Source: Camelus dromedarius
Taxonomy: Eukaryota
Reading direction: 5' to 3'
Assembly (NCBI RefSeq): GCF_036321535.1
Contig: NC_087436.1
Location: 83,454,001-83,518,000 of the forward strand
Length of the DNA: 64,000 nt
The notes beneath the pieces are model-generated. The model had not been told where the DNA came from, made no database searches, and was given only the letters and a program-made list of their open reading frames with translations. The position numbers and the translations under genes were made by a program. Shown here one piece after another: positions 27,791-40,930 of this stretch. Position 1 is the stretch's first letter; each line of letters opens with the position of its first letter.

Positions 27791-30700
27791 CACTTAACTG
27801 GCCTTGCTTAGAAGGAGGCATCTGGGTGGAAGTCAGGAGACTCTGTTATCTCTTGAATCATCATTTTGCTTTTTTGGACCTGAACTTTCTGATGTCTATA
27901 ATGGGAAGGTTCCATTGGGAGATCTTTTTAAGATCCTTTGCTTCTCTGTCATTTTTAAAGAGAATTTCCTTTCCGAAGTTGTTTTCAATAAGCAGTAAGT
28001 AATGAGAAAGACATCTGAAGTATTTTATGCTCTTTAAAAAATGTTCTTTTAAACTTATTTTCACCAGGACAAATCTAATAGTTAGCTGAGTGCTTAAATC
28101 TCAGTACTTCCAGAAATGGTATCCCCAAATCAACATGAACTGGCTCATTAGGAACATTCTAATTATGCAATGTTCAAGGGCTTTAAATAACAAAGACCAG
28201 TACATTTGAGTTGTGTATTCATTTAATTTTGCAGAGTTGAAACCCTAACCATCATCATCACATGGACAGGTCAAATAACGTGCTCTAATACACGGCTACG
28301 CTAGATGAAAAAAGGATAAGGCATGTAGAACTGATCTGTCAATCAGCATGATTAGTCTCTGATCCTGTGTTCAGTTTGAGAGGGTTCCACTCTATGTAGC
28401 CTATGGAATCTATTACTAGTTCCATTTCTCTTTTTGTTTCCTTGATACAATATGCCCCAGAAGCTAGAAAACATCATTTCTACGTGGGAATATACACAGC
28501 AGAGGTCAGTACCAGCATATTGCTCATTAAGTCCTGTCTCAACTAATATTCTACAATTCTGCGAGAATCAGAGAGTATGAACTATGGCTTGGGATGGAGA
28601 ACAAACAAGCAAACCAAAAAGAGGGGGTTATACCATATGGTGGTCTGGAGACCAGTGATGGAGAATTACAGATGGATACTGGCTCATATGGTTTTGGTAA
28701 TTATTACTTTGTTTATATAATCTGTTGCATTGGTTTCACATTCACAGTTTAAATTGGTGCAAAGTTCCTTCCTTGCTGGAAAGCCACCATTTTGTTTCTC
28801 ACTGAAGCAACAGAAAAAGGTGGTATTTTAATTATTGAACTTACTGCTTTCATCTTAACTACTCTTTAGGAAAAAATTCCTTTTTCTTGACTATACTGAC
28901 AGCTATATTACTGCTGTAATGTAACTTGGACATTTAAAATAAACAAGTAAATAAAAATATACTGAAAGCAGTAACCAAATGATCAAAACAGCCTTGAAAT
29001 GAATCCACGTAGATTTCTGAGACACACAAGTGCAATGATAAATGCAGCAATTGGCCCCCCAAAAAGTTAAAGCAAGTCATTTCAGAAATTACACGGATAA
29101 CAATTCACATTCCCAAGCCTATTAAAATGTAGTTTTTCTTCCTATAAGCTTTAAAAATTTCATCAAGTTTCTCAATAAAAAATACATGTTGGTTCCGTCA
29201 TATCATTATTTTTTTCTCTGGCAAAAAGTTCTTTAAGTAGTGAAATAGTTTTAAGGAAACTCTAAGTTAGCTATCAACCACTCTGGAGAGAATTCAGCTT
29301 TATACCTAGCCTCTCTCAGTGTGCTGCAAGAGACTACATTTATGATTAACCAAGATAAAAATAATCAAGCACCTGAGTCCATCTCAATAGGAGGAGGAAG
29401 AATCTACCTGCCCCTTTTCTGAGTAAATCATCAAGATAATGTGGCTAGTTTGAATTCGGACCAAAAATCCTAGTTCTTATCTAGAGCTTTATGTTAAGAT
29501 TTGAAGAGGCCTTATTATTGAAACCCAAATATAGCATTTGCTTGCTATTCTTCTTTTTTTTTTTTTTTTTAAATTTGGGTGACAGTGGCTACCAGGGACT
29601 TTTCTGAGGAGAGGGGTAAGGTTGTTTTTAATGTATGAAATAAAAGCACATCTGATTATTTCAAAGTACACAAAAGAACAACAACAAACACTACCCAGGA
29701 AGATCACTTAAAAACAAAACAACAAAAACCCTGAATTTTTTCCCAGTGGACATATTATGAGCTGGGAAGATCTGACTACATCTCAGACCCATTGCCTAAT
29801 TATATGAAAAGAAATGGAACATGTTCTTAGATTGCAAAGAGGGAGAATTAGAATAAAAAACAGTTTGTTTTCACTTCACTAAGCCCTGGATGCAAGGCGC
29901 ATAATGGGGCTACTATTTTTCACCTTGAAGTCTTTTAGATCATCTTTTGGTCTTTCATCTAAGATCATTAACATAATGAAGACTTTCTGGTTAAAAAAAG
30001 GCGGCGGCAGAAGACAGGGAAACCCAAGCGATTTTTTAAAAGATCGATTTTTTTTTTTTAATGGTTGTGATTCTCTCTGCTAAGTCGTTAAATCAGGCTG
30101 CTATCGTGAATTCAGAAGCACAATTTCTCCCTCTCTGGAGTCTTCAAACATACATACAGTCTAGAGGCAGATGGGCATTTATTTTGGATACACACAGATA
30201 TATGTGTGGATGCAGACACATGCATAATGAAAGAATAGCAGCTTGACGGAGCTGCTGCAGGAGCCTGCCTGAAATACAGTTCTGACAAGATCAGGACACC
30301 CTTTTCTTCCTCAGAAGTGAATTTCTAACGTTTTTGTGAAAAAAAAATCTCTAGAAAAACCAGTCTCAAACATGGTATGACAGGCTTTCAATAAGAAGCG
30401 CTTTGTTATTCTGTGTTCTCTTTGATAAGCAAACCCCTTATGTTTGCTAACCTGGATTTTAAAAACGTATCCATAAAAACAGACACAGAAGCAAAGCAAA
30501 TCAAAATATTTCTTTTGAAAAACGGGAAGGAGAGTTACTGAAGGAGGTAGGTGGTTGACATGTATGGGGGGGAAGATTAGTTACACTGAGAGCAAATCCT
30601 AAATGCACACCAGTTAGTTCCTCATCACTCTGTCGGCACTCCTAGAGGGAAAAGGCACTCACATATCAGCACTCGGGGTGAGTCAAACACAGAAAAAAAA

Positions 30701-30951
30701 GGACTGCAAGGTGACACTATGATAAAGGGCAAGCACATTTTCTTCCTTAGATTGCAATTACTCTTGGCAACATTTAACGTGATACATTCCTCTGCCAGGG
30801 GAGGGACTTTTGATCATTTAGAAATGCAGTTACTTCTGCACACGTAGCTCTCGCTCCCACCCATACATCCACGCGGTTACATGCTTTTCATTTCAGCTAA
30901 TTTATGTATGCTTTTCCAATAGTAAATCATCCAAATATCAGATGACCCTAC

Positions 30952-31099
30952 CTTCCCAGCTCTTCTCATCACACAATGCAGTCAGGTCCAGTTCAGGCAC
31001 TTCGGCGACAAAGCTCTCCTGCTGGCCATCGGCATCGGGACTCCTCTGCAGCTTGGTGTCAGGTAGGCTGGGATGCTCCTGGATCTTCATGGTCGGGCT
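30952..31099 (-). CDS. FAM13A: FAM13A coding exon (148 nt): SPTMKIQEHPSLPDTK...LTALCDEKSWE
   Basis: Acceptor ttgttgcag and donor gtaggg, phase 0 to 1. Confidence 0.93.
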
Positions 31100-32959
31100 C
31101 TGCAACAAAAGCACAACGTTCCCAAATCTCTACCGCTCACCAAAACCCAGGAATGTCTGCAGCAGTTCCTCTCCTGCTGGGTGAAACCTCCCCAGCCACA
31201 GCTGCTGATGTCCTCAGCACGGAAACCAGAATCATAGCTGGGTGCCCCCTGGATGCTAGATGGCCACTGGCATGCAAAAAGCGACCGCCCATCTGCGCTC
31301 CTTCAACTTTTCTTCTGTGACAGAGACAAGATGATTTCTGAGGGCTGTTCTTCCTGATAACTGCAGGCAGCTGACAGTCTGGATGAGTACTGACTGGGGC
31401 CAGGAAGGAGGGAAAAGGAGTTTGTGTTTCTCTAAAGGAGTATGGCTCTCCAGACTGTAAACAACAACAAAAAAACCCCCAGCTACTGCTGTTGCTAGGG
31501 CTGTGGAAGCAACATGGTGTCTTCTGCACGCAGACTTCCATGCCCCTTAGGTAAACAGCCCTGTAGGGCCCGGAGCAGAAGCTGTGTACACGCGTGCTCT
31601 CCTGCTGGTTCTGCAGGCTTAGATCAATTAAGCGGGGCTAGCTGCACATTCCCAGATTTCCTGTGGTTGTTTTCGCCCCGAGTGTGGGGAGAACAGACTA
31701 TTTATGGAGGAGCTCTGGGCATTAAAGCATTGTTGCGCAAATTCAAACAGCACAGGGGTTTGGTGTCTCAGCTAGCAGCTAGCAGCTAGCAGTGAGGAAT
31801 ACGGACTCTGGAAGTGAGCCAAAATTACACAGGGAGCGTGACTTTCTTTTTTTTTTTTTTTTTTTTTTTTTAAGTAAAAAGCCAAGAGCTGGCAAGTCAG
31901 TGATGCATAATTTATAATCTTACAAACATGCAACTGTCACTTGTTTCCCTACTACTCATCCACTCTGAATACTAAATACTCAGCTACACTTGATTTTGCT
32001 TACCGGTGGTACCCACACGAGGCTAGAATGTCTAGGGGATGGGAAAACCCTCCCCCAAAGGCTGCTATTTTAACTAAGTGATTTTATATTAACAAAATAA
32101 ACTGCATTGAAATTAAATCTTTTTTAACCTTGCTCTTTTGGCATCTGGTAAACCCAACCACTGTCACACTCCTCTCTCAAAACGATAAACAACAGTGTTG
32201 AGTCACAAGTACATTTCTCAAGGGGCCCAGATCTGTACAAAAGATTTCCTTTGAGAATGACTAGAAATTTATTTTAGTAAATATACTATCATTAAATGAA
32301 AAAAAACAAACATCTGGAAATCATAAGTGACTCCATTTATGTATGAGAAATGTTCTTATGCTTAAAATAAAGCACTACAGAGACTTCCAGCTACTTTTAA
32401 TAGCTATTCAGCCCACTTTGGTATCACTGGGGAAACAGATGGGACTTTTACTACTACATCTCCATGGAACAAAGCATGAGGACTTGTATTTTCTTCACAT
32501 TTGGGATAAAATGAAATATCATCAATCAGTTCACGATGAGCTACTACAGTCAGGTGGAAATGCCAAGTAAATCTGGGGCTTTACGCCATCTTAAAAATCC
32601 TCCTTGTCTGTTGTGGGGAAGAAACAGATTATGCATTTATACCACAAAAATCATTTGTTCCTTGAGCTGGATCCTAAGTGGACCAGGGTTGAATGACCAA
32701 ATCTAGTGCTCAGCTTTTTAAAAGTTACAGGGCCAATTAGTCACCAATCATTTGTGTGCGTGTGTTAGAACCTCATGTAGGAAATCAATGTTTTCTCAAT
32801 ACAGATTTCTAATACTTGCTACATGTAGAGACCTAAAAAAGGGAAGAAGATAAGAAATACGATTCTATCTTGTAGATACGGCATTTTCTTCATGAGGAGC
32901 ATCTATCAAGCCATTGGCACCGTACTGCAGTGGAACAGATGTGAACTTTCCTTACGGAC

Positions 32960-33140
32960 AGACTTGGGTGTGAAGTGTGACTGGCATTTACTAGCGTGGC
33001 GCCCTAGCCGAGCTCTTTCACTCCTCTGAGCCTCCATTTCCTAGTCGATAAAATGTCATTATAACACCAATCTTGAGAGGTTCCTTTGAAGATCGGAGAG
33101 AAGGTATGGAAGGTATGCCTCTAGCATGGTCCCTCGTGCA
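32960..33140 (+). mobile_element. MIR fragment
   Basis: ctctgagcctccatttcctagtcgataaaatg core. Confidence 0.55.
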
Positions 33141-34329
33141 GATGAAACACATGGATGGAATCTACCCTTCTTAGTATTATTAGGCTCCTATGAAGATGAG
33201 TAAAATGATGCCACACCCCAAAATGCTTGAGAGGGGAGTTGGGGACGAGGCATGGACAACTGCAATTTCAGGTGGAACGTGCTACAACAGAGGGTGGGCC
33301 AGAGTCTGAGGCGCACTAGGAAAAAAAATATTAAAGAGCCACTGATGTTTCTGTGATGGACCAACAACAGCACATGTGACTTGGGGGCTGTGCGGGTCAG
33401 AGGGGTGGCGGGGAGGGCACTTCAGACAGAAAGGAGGAGAGGAAGAGGAGCGAGTGCAGAGGCCAGTGGGGGATGCTGATCACAGCAGAAGAGGCTCCAG
33501 GTACCATGAGCTCAGATGATGCGAGTGTCAAATAAGCAGACACTGGGCTGACCAAGGCCTCATAAGCTGGTCTAGGTTTGGATTTTATCCTGTGGGAGAT
33601 AATAGAAAGCTACAGAAGGATTTAAAAACCAGACGAATAATGCAGAAATGTTGTTTTCCAGGCTGATGCCTTACACGTGGGAATGCACGCGCTGGGAAGA
33701 CTCACAGGCAGCCTGCGTCCTCTCCCTACGCCAGTCACGGGCTCTGCTCCCTGTGGTACCTGTGTCCCCTCCTTAGGGTGCTCAAGAGTCCTGCACGTGA
33801 CACATGTAAAAATCCCCAAATTCCACATACACACATACTACTTCAAAATGTGTACCTCTTAAAAAAAAACAAACTGAAAAAGGTTTTCTTCTTACGATTC
33901 ATCTGAATTAGCACCAATTTCAAAGTCAAAATTAAAATCAGAAAATTTTTCCGTTTTTTTTTTTCTCCAAAATGTATGGATTTATTCATTTCTTCAACAA
34001 CACGGTTTGGTGCACCCACTCTGTGCTGGGCTCTGTGAGACGGGCAAGCTCCCTGCACTAAGGGGGCTGAGATCGAGTGGAACAGGCTCAGCCCTGCTCG
34101 GCGGAGCTCTGAGGGCCGAGAATCCTGCTGCAACACTGGACCACGTGGTGAATCTGTACGTTCAAAGAAGTCTGGGAGTTAGGGATGCAGGAGAGGGAGA
34201 GTGCTGCCCTGGGTGGGATGGGGGCATAGATAAGATTCTATTCTTCTAACACAGAGAATCACGTCAACATTTTACTAGCTTATTCAATAATGATATATGT
34301 CACATATTATATACATGTAATAGGGCTGT

Positions 34330-34710
34330 CTATTCTACGTCAGGTGCTAAAGGTACTGGAAAAATTTCAGCAGACAAAATAAAGTATCTGCCCTAATGAA
34401 TCTTACAAGAGGGGCAGTTAATAAAGAAGAAACAAAGTCAGGTAGTGATAAGGACTATAGAGAAAAATAACACAGGGTAAGGAGGATGATGGAGGTAGGG
34501 GCTGAGGACTGCTATTTTATACTGGGTGGCCAGGGAGGTCCTTTCCAATAAGGTGACATAAGCAGAGACATGAAGGAGATGGGGAAGTGAGCCTTCTGTG
34601 GGAAAAGGATTCCAGGAAGAAGAAGAGCAAGTGCAAAGGCCCTGAGGCATGGTAATCTTGTATATATCTACCTGAGGAAGAGCCAAAGAGGTCACTGCAT
34701 CTGGAGTCAA
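34330..34710 (-). mobile_element. L2 fragment
   Basis: gtggccagggaggtcctttccaataaggtgacat...gagcaagtgcaaaggccctgaggca. Confidence 0.7.
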
Positions 34711-35774
34711 GCAGAGGCCAGTCAAGGCTGCCATATACGGGTGTTTAGAATGAGCACTGTGCCATGTATAACCGGGCATCATCCACACTGTAGACTTATG
34801 TTAACTTACATGAGCTTCTGGACTTCCTGGCTGATCTCCTGCACAGCAGTGGAGATGCATCCTACTTCAACCCACACCAGCCTGCACAGCCATGGACACA
34901 CGTGGCTTGGTTTACTCACCAGAGCATCCACATGTTCGGCCCTACTCTGCTGTGCTCTGATCAGTCCCCGAAGCTGCTCTTCTGCTGGCCTGCTGCATCT
35001 GGAGGCCTGATTCCCAATTTCTGGGCCCGCTGATCTCTGAACCTGACACGGTTGCCCTGCCTGTGGTTGCAGAGTGGGCTGCTGGTGTGGGCCCAGGGTT
35101 TACGTGCATATGGAGCTAAGGAAGCTGTTCAGTGGCTGTTTGAAACAACAAACCACTCTTCCTCCAAACATTCATCAGCCTTGTCTGGGTGAGACACCTT
35201 TCTGGGTTGTTCCACGCCCTCTAACAGTGCTGATCATACAGTCCCGTACCTGTCTACTTGTCTGTTTCTCCTACTTGGTCACTAATGTTAAAATGTCAAG
35301 GACATTCTTACATACCAAGATATTTTTGGTTTCAACTTTTGTTGTTTATGCAAATTATATCTGCAGTTAAATCAGAGAGTAAATACATTAACTTCACAAT
35401 TTTCAATTCAGAGATCCTTATGCTGTGACGTCACACACCAAATCCTCACCAAAAATGTTGTACCATATGAAAACACACTAAATGTTCAGGTCATGAAATA
35501 AACCGAGTGTCTGGCTCTCAGGAGAGACAATGTGGTATGGCAGATGTGGTTTTAGAGTCAAAGACTGAGTTTAAATACCAGGGGGCCATCTGCAAGATCT
35601 TTAATGAATAAACTTCTTTGTATTTGAGCTTCTTTTTTGTTCATCCATAAAGTTGTGAAGATCAAGTGAAAAATATGTAGCATAAAAACAACTGGCCAGT
35701 AATAACAGTAAAAGAAATACTAATTCCATTTATATACTACCTTCCTTTCCCATTCACTCATTTGGCAAGTGTTT

Positions 35775-35944
35775 GTTTTTTTAATTTTATTATTTTTAAA
35801 AATTTTATTTATTTTAATTTTATTTGGAGGGGGGAGGTAATTAGGTTTATTTATTTAGTTATATTTAGAGGAGGGTACTGGGGATTGAATTCAGGACCTT
35901 GTGCATGGTAAGCATGCACTTTACCACTTGAGCTATACCCTCTC
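35775..35944 (-). mobile_element. tRNA-derived SINE (camelid Vic-1-like), full length
   Basis: Minus strand reads gagagggtatagctcaagtggta...aggtcctgaattcaatccccagtacc followed by an A-rich tail. Perfect 12-bp TSD TGGCAAGTGTTT at 35763-35774 and 35945-35956. Confidence 0.9.
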
Positions 35945-37230
35945 TGGCAAGTGTTTATAGAACACATACTATGTCCTAGGTATTGGAATTTCAGGAATTA
36001 ACAAAACAGGGGATTTAATGTGGAAGGGCCAAGTCACATGCCTGTTATAAAAAGAAAACACAGGGTGCTAGGGAGCAAATAAGAGAGCTCACCTTGCCTG
36101 GGGCTGCAGGTAATAGTCCATGTTCAGGTCCAGGAGCCATTAACTACTAGTCCGTCCACCTGATCCTTGTTACCACTGGACCCTGTCTGGCTGGGCCTGG
36201 TTTTTCCCATCCCGACTTTATTGACCTGCCCCTTCTCTGGCTTCAAATCACTGGTGCATTTCTGCTCCATCCCTTCCCCCTTACTGCACAGGATATGGCT
36301 AAGCAGCCGCACCACTAGCTCCCTGGAGCAGGACAACCATATCTCAGAGAGCCCTGTGGAGCACAGGGTGCACAGGAAGGGGCCTCACAGAGTTAACAGA
36401 AGAGCCGCAGGGAAGTATAAACATTTACTGTTTGGCCTGACAATAAAGGAAAATGAACAAAACAAAGCCCCCAAACTCATGTGAATTGAAAAGCTTCCAT
36501 AGCCTTTCAAGACTGGATGGAACTGGAAGTGAATCTAAACAAAGAGCTTTTTAAGCATTTCTGGATCTAATATTAAACCAGCAACAAAACCCTAAAGCTT
36601 CTGTGAAATGCAGTGAAGTTGAAGTAACAGAGTCATCCATTTCATAAATGCTTGTTGATGGGGATGGTTCAGAATTTATCTCCAGCCTCCTCAAGGCAAA
36701 TGAAAGCCTGCACTTAAGCTCTTGTGATAATTAATATTAATTCTCACGCTTGATTAGAACGTCTTATCTTCTCTTCCCCTTGCTTCTCTAGTTTTTTGAA
36801 GCAGGATAAGAAAAAGGGAAATAGCCTTTTGTTTATTATGAATGTCTTGTTTGTTATCAAAGGTATGCTTCTAAGCTCTTCTAAGTAGTAGGCTTAGAAA
36901 GCAGAAAGAACAGAAAAATATCTTCAAAGAATTTTAACACTTCATTAACCTTATACTTCTGACCATGATGACCTCTCTCAGATAATGTAATACCCTTCCA
37001 TGTAGGTAATAACTTTTTACCTATTTTGCTTTTTTGACAAAAAGATTAAGTATAAAGTTATAACTGTAATATTCTCGATCTTATATGGAAGTATTAAATA
37101 TTTCCACAATAGAAAGTAACTTATCAGAAGGAATCAAACTGAAATGTAAAGTATAAACTACATTATAAACAGAACTCTGAAAATCTGTATTTCCAGTGTT
37201 TTCTTTCAGAATCTAGAAATTGCCAGTTTT

Positions 37231-37384
37231 TTTTTTTTTTAAGTAATAAAATGTTTTTTGTGGGGGGAGGTAGTTAAGTTTACTTATTTATTTATTTTAG
37301 AGGAGGCACTGGGGATTGAACCCAGGACCTTGTGTATGCTGAGCACATGCTCTACCCGAGCCCTAGAAATCTACCACCCTCGCC
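37231..37384 (-). mobile_element. tRNA-derived SINE (Vic-1-like)
   Basis: B-box ggttcaatccc and A tail. TSD CTAGAAATTGC(C/T)AGTTTT at 37213-37230 and 37385-37402. Confidence 0.88.
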
Positions 37385-40300
37385 CTAGAAATTGCTAGTT
37401 TTAAGGATGACCTCTGTCCTGGATACTTCCAGTTGTCAAGTGAGTTTGAGAACAAGAGAACAGACTCTGAACTCCACATGCTCAGGGAATAGGGTACAAG
37501 GCTCTTGCATACGTCATATGTCACCCAGCCCAAACAGGATATTTTAGTAAAATGTCAGCCTTGCCAAAACTTACCTGAAGAAATCATACTCAAAGTTTTG
37601 GCATTTTGAAGTGACGCTAACTTTTTTTTCCCATTGCCAATGTGTCACTAAACAAATTTTACTACAAACCACATAAGACTCAGATGAAACAGAAATGAGT
37701 AACTCTCAATGACTGTCAGAGATCTCAGCAGACTCTTTTTGGATCAGATTAATTGCATAATTAAAAGAAATTAAAAAGACATGCAACAAAGGATAGGCCC
37801 CTGCTTACTTTTCAACGTATGCATTCAAACAAAAACACACTCGAGGCTGCAAAATGATTATGTAAAAAGTAAAGCCCCAGTTGTGTTTGTATTTGCCTTT
37901 GAGCCGCAGACTCTAAGACCAGCCTCCCTCTGCCTGTGGTTCCCTCTGGGGAGCATTTCTGAGGCTGAAAGTTAATGCTCCTTATTCTAATGAAAATACT
38001 AGTCAAACAAGAAAGACAAACCACCTTTCTCCAATGGCTGTCATTTGCTGTGTTATATGAATCTGGGAGTTTACAAGGAAAAATTTAAAGGGCAATATTA
38101 ATGAGGACAAAATCTGCCTTAGTGGAAAATAAAGTTAGAAACATTATCATATCCATTCACGGTGGGCATATAAATTTTAGCATCTCAATCTGATGTAGGA
38201 GACTTGAAATAAAATACCAGTTAAATACCTAGAATACCAGAATTCTAGGAGGGGTAACCAAAGTCTAGACTTACTTTCCATCTCTGAAATTCAGGAATTA
38301 CTGTGGTATTATCAGAAAACCAGATTAAGTACTTGGGTTGTTTAAGTTCTAGAAAGTGTAATATATATATATACATAAAATATATATATTTATATATTAT
38401 ATAATACAGTGTATATATAGGATATATATATGTAGGAAATTATAATACACTGGAAACAAGGGAAAGAGCTTTAAAAATGGAAAACAGAACTTTTCACAGT
38501 CCATTAATAGTAAAATGTATTTCTTTCAGTGAAAGAAACACATGCCTTCATGAGCAGAAACAATCCTCATCTTGCAGAGTGATGGCTTTTTCCCCTCCTT
38601 TGGAGCAGTTGTGAAAGAACGATGACACGGGGAGCTTAGTCCAGGTTTTAACTCACTGCCTAATTTTATCTCCTAGCTGAAGCGATCACGATGACAATGA
38701 GTATTAATAGCGCGGGCTTTAGGATCACCAGCAGTGGGCCGGGTGCTGATTGGTAAACGCGTGTGGGCGACACATGCAAGAACAGGTCCTGGCCCGTGGA
38801 AGAAAGATTTGAGATTCTTTCCCCGTGATGCATCCACAGCCCCGGGAGCTGTCCACAAAAACACCAAGACACACCTTGTTCAGCACAGATTCGGTTTGGG
38901 TGCCACTCGGAATGTACGAGTTCATGTTGCAAAGTTCACCCACAAAGGTTGCTCTATACGCTTTTATCTCAGAAAGGATAAAGAGGCATAAAAGGGAAGG
39001 AGTGAGAAGAGCTCTCTGGGAGGCTGGCAAAGCCATTTTCTTTACAACAGTGTTCAACGGTATGGTTGATGAGCAGGTGCTCACTGTGTGCGGAGGGAGA
39101 GAGCAGAGAAAGGATGAAACAGCAGGAAAGTCAAACCACACCATCATGGGGAAACTGTGCTCTGAAAAAAGGTGCCTAGAGACAAGGAAAGAACATCCGC
39201 TTGTTGCCTGGGTCCCCAGGAAGGGAGCAGAAAGGTGCTGGAAATCAGAGATGAAAGAGCGTCTTAGGAGCAGTGAAGTCCGAAAGAGGAAGTCTGTCCC
39301 TCCTCTCGTCTGGCTGGGTTAATGAAGGAATACACATGACCAACTGCACACAGGAAATATGAGGAGTCTAGAGCACGGGGGGTGGAGCGAGTGTCAGGTG
39401 GCCATTCATTTCCAGCAATGTCACGCCAAATTTTACAAGTGTGTGTTTTTCCAAGAAGGGGGTCCAGCGCTTTCAGGTTCTTAATCTGCTAGACTGGGAA
39501 CTTCATGGAGGCAGGGCCTGCAGCTGTTACGAAATCCCAGCTGCCAGCACAGGAGCTGTACACAGTAGGCAGGACTCAACATATATTATTGAATAAACAC
39601 ATCAGTCAGTTGGGTTAGTGCCCAACCAAGATGAGGAATCACTGGGTAGGGGGCAGTTCTATGTATAATTAACAGATCAAGAGTCAAAATCCAAGAGGTT
39701 GAGAAAAGCTTGAATTCTTGCCAAAAAGAAAACTGATAATGAGATTGAAAGTGGGGCTGGGAGCTTCTGGAAGCGATGGGTTACACACACGGGCATGAAA
39801 TGAAGCCGAGCACCCTGATGGAAACTGGCGCTGGGAGCAAAGGAAACCAAACACTTGGGTCAGAGTGCCGATGCCCTCAGAGGCCCAGGGAGCCAGGAGA
39901 GCCACCAAAACTTTAAGATACAGGCAACATAAGGGAGTTAGAATTTTTTTTCTCTGTTGTTTACTTAAAACGAGACACAAAACTTAGAAAATGAATTGGA
40001 TTTAGTAACTTGAACTGATTTTATGTTAATTTGAAAGTTAATGAGATAATCTCTATGACAAATCCACTAAGACTCACTATCTGTTTCAATCATGTATAAA
40101 CGCAGAGAATCACGGAAAATCAAACCAGTAGCTCTGGCTTCTTGTTTTGTCTTGTTTTACGGAAAATCTAAGGAGAAGTCTCCATGCTGTTACGGTTTAT
40201 CTTCACAAGCAAAATAAAAGAATTTCACAAGCAAAAGAATGGTGTTCTTATGATTTCTCAAGGAATCTTTAGGTCTTGGTATCTGCCTTTCTTACCAGTC

Positions 40301-40425
40301 ACAGTCCTGCCACTTACTGATAAGCTTATTGATCCCTCACTGATAAGCTAATGATGCTTCACAGGTACTCTCGAGAGTGGTGAACAGTCCTGTCACAATC
40401 ACAGTCTTTCTTGTTAGCGACTCAC

Positions 40426-40468
40426 CTCAAAATGCTGGGCGTGCCTGCCATCCTCTTCATTTTCTTTG
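40426..40468 (-). CDS. FAM13A: FAM13A coding exon (43 nt): (S)KENEEDGRHAQHFE
   Basis: Acceptor tttgtag and donor gtgagt, phase 2 to 0. Resembles human KGNEKDGGHTQHFE. Confidence 0.9.
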
Positions 40469-40853
40469 CTACAAACAACAGCAACAACAAAATGTCATAA
40501 GATGTCATTCTGTTTTATAGCATTGCTTTTCATCCACTGAAATTATGATTTCATTTATTTTAAAAGTAGGCTCAGTAGCACAAAAAAGACCTTATGAAAT
40601 TCAAAAACAAAAGAAAAATTAATCAAAATAAAATAAAACTAGAAACACAAAACATGAACACGGTTATTTGCCTTTAATAGCTCCATGGTAAGAGTTTCCA
40701 TTCTAAGCATTTTCCTTGCTATAAAATACTGCTGGTAAATATATAGTCCTTTAATTCCATTCTTTTTCGTTCTTATAACACACACTGCATGGAGTGAAAA
40801 AAAAATCTATTCACATTCTTGTAAACAATGTTAGGAGAAAACTCTAAAATTAC

Positions 40854-40930
40854 CTTTCATCGGACATCAGTTCAACACTGTCAGGTCCAGTCCTTTCATA
40901 AGATGGTGAGGTCCTGAGATTTTCCATATT
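40854..40930 (-). CDS. FAM13A: FAM13A coding exon (77 nt): NMENLRTSPSYERTGPDSVELMSDE
   Basis: Acceptor gttccag and donor gtaatt. Resembles recalled human NMESLNSTRSHERTGPDDFEWMSDE. Confidence 0.9.

Noticed and set aside
31137..31541. 134-aa minus-strand ORF upstream of the 148-nt exon
   Set aside because: It stops before the exon and has no recognisable homology.
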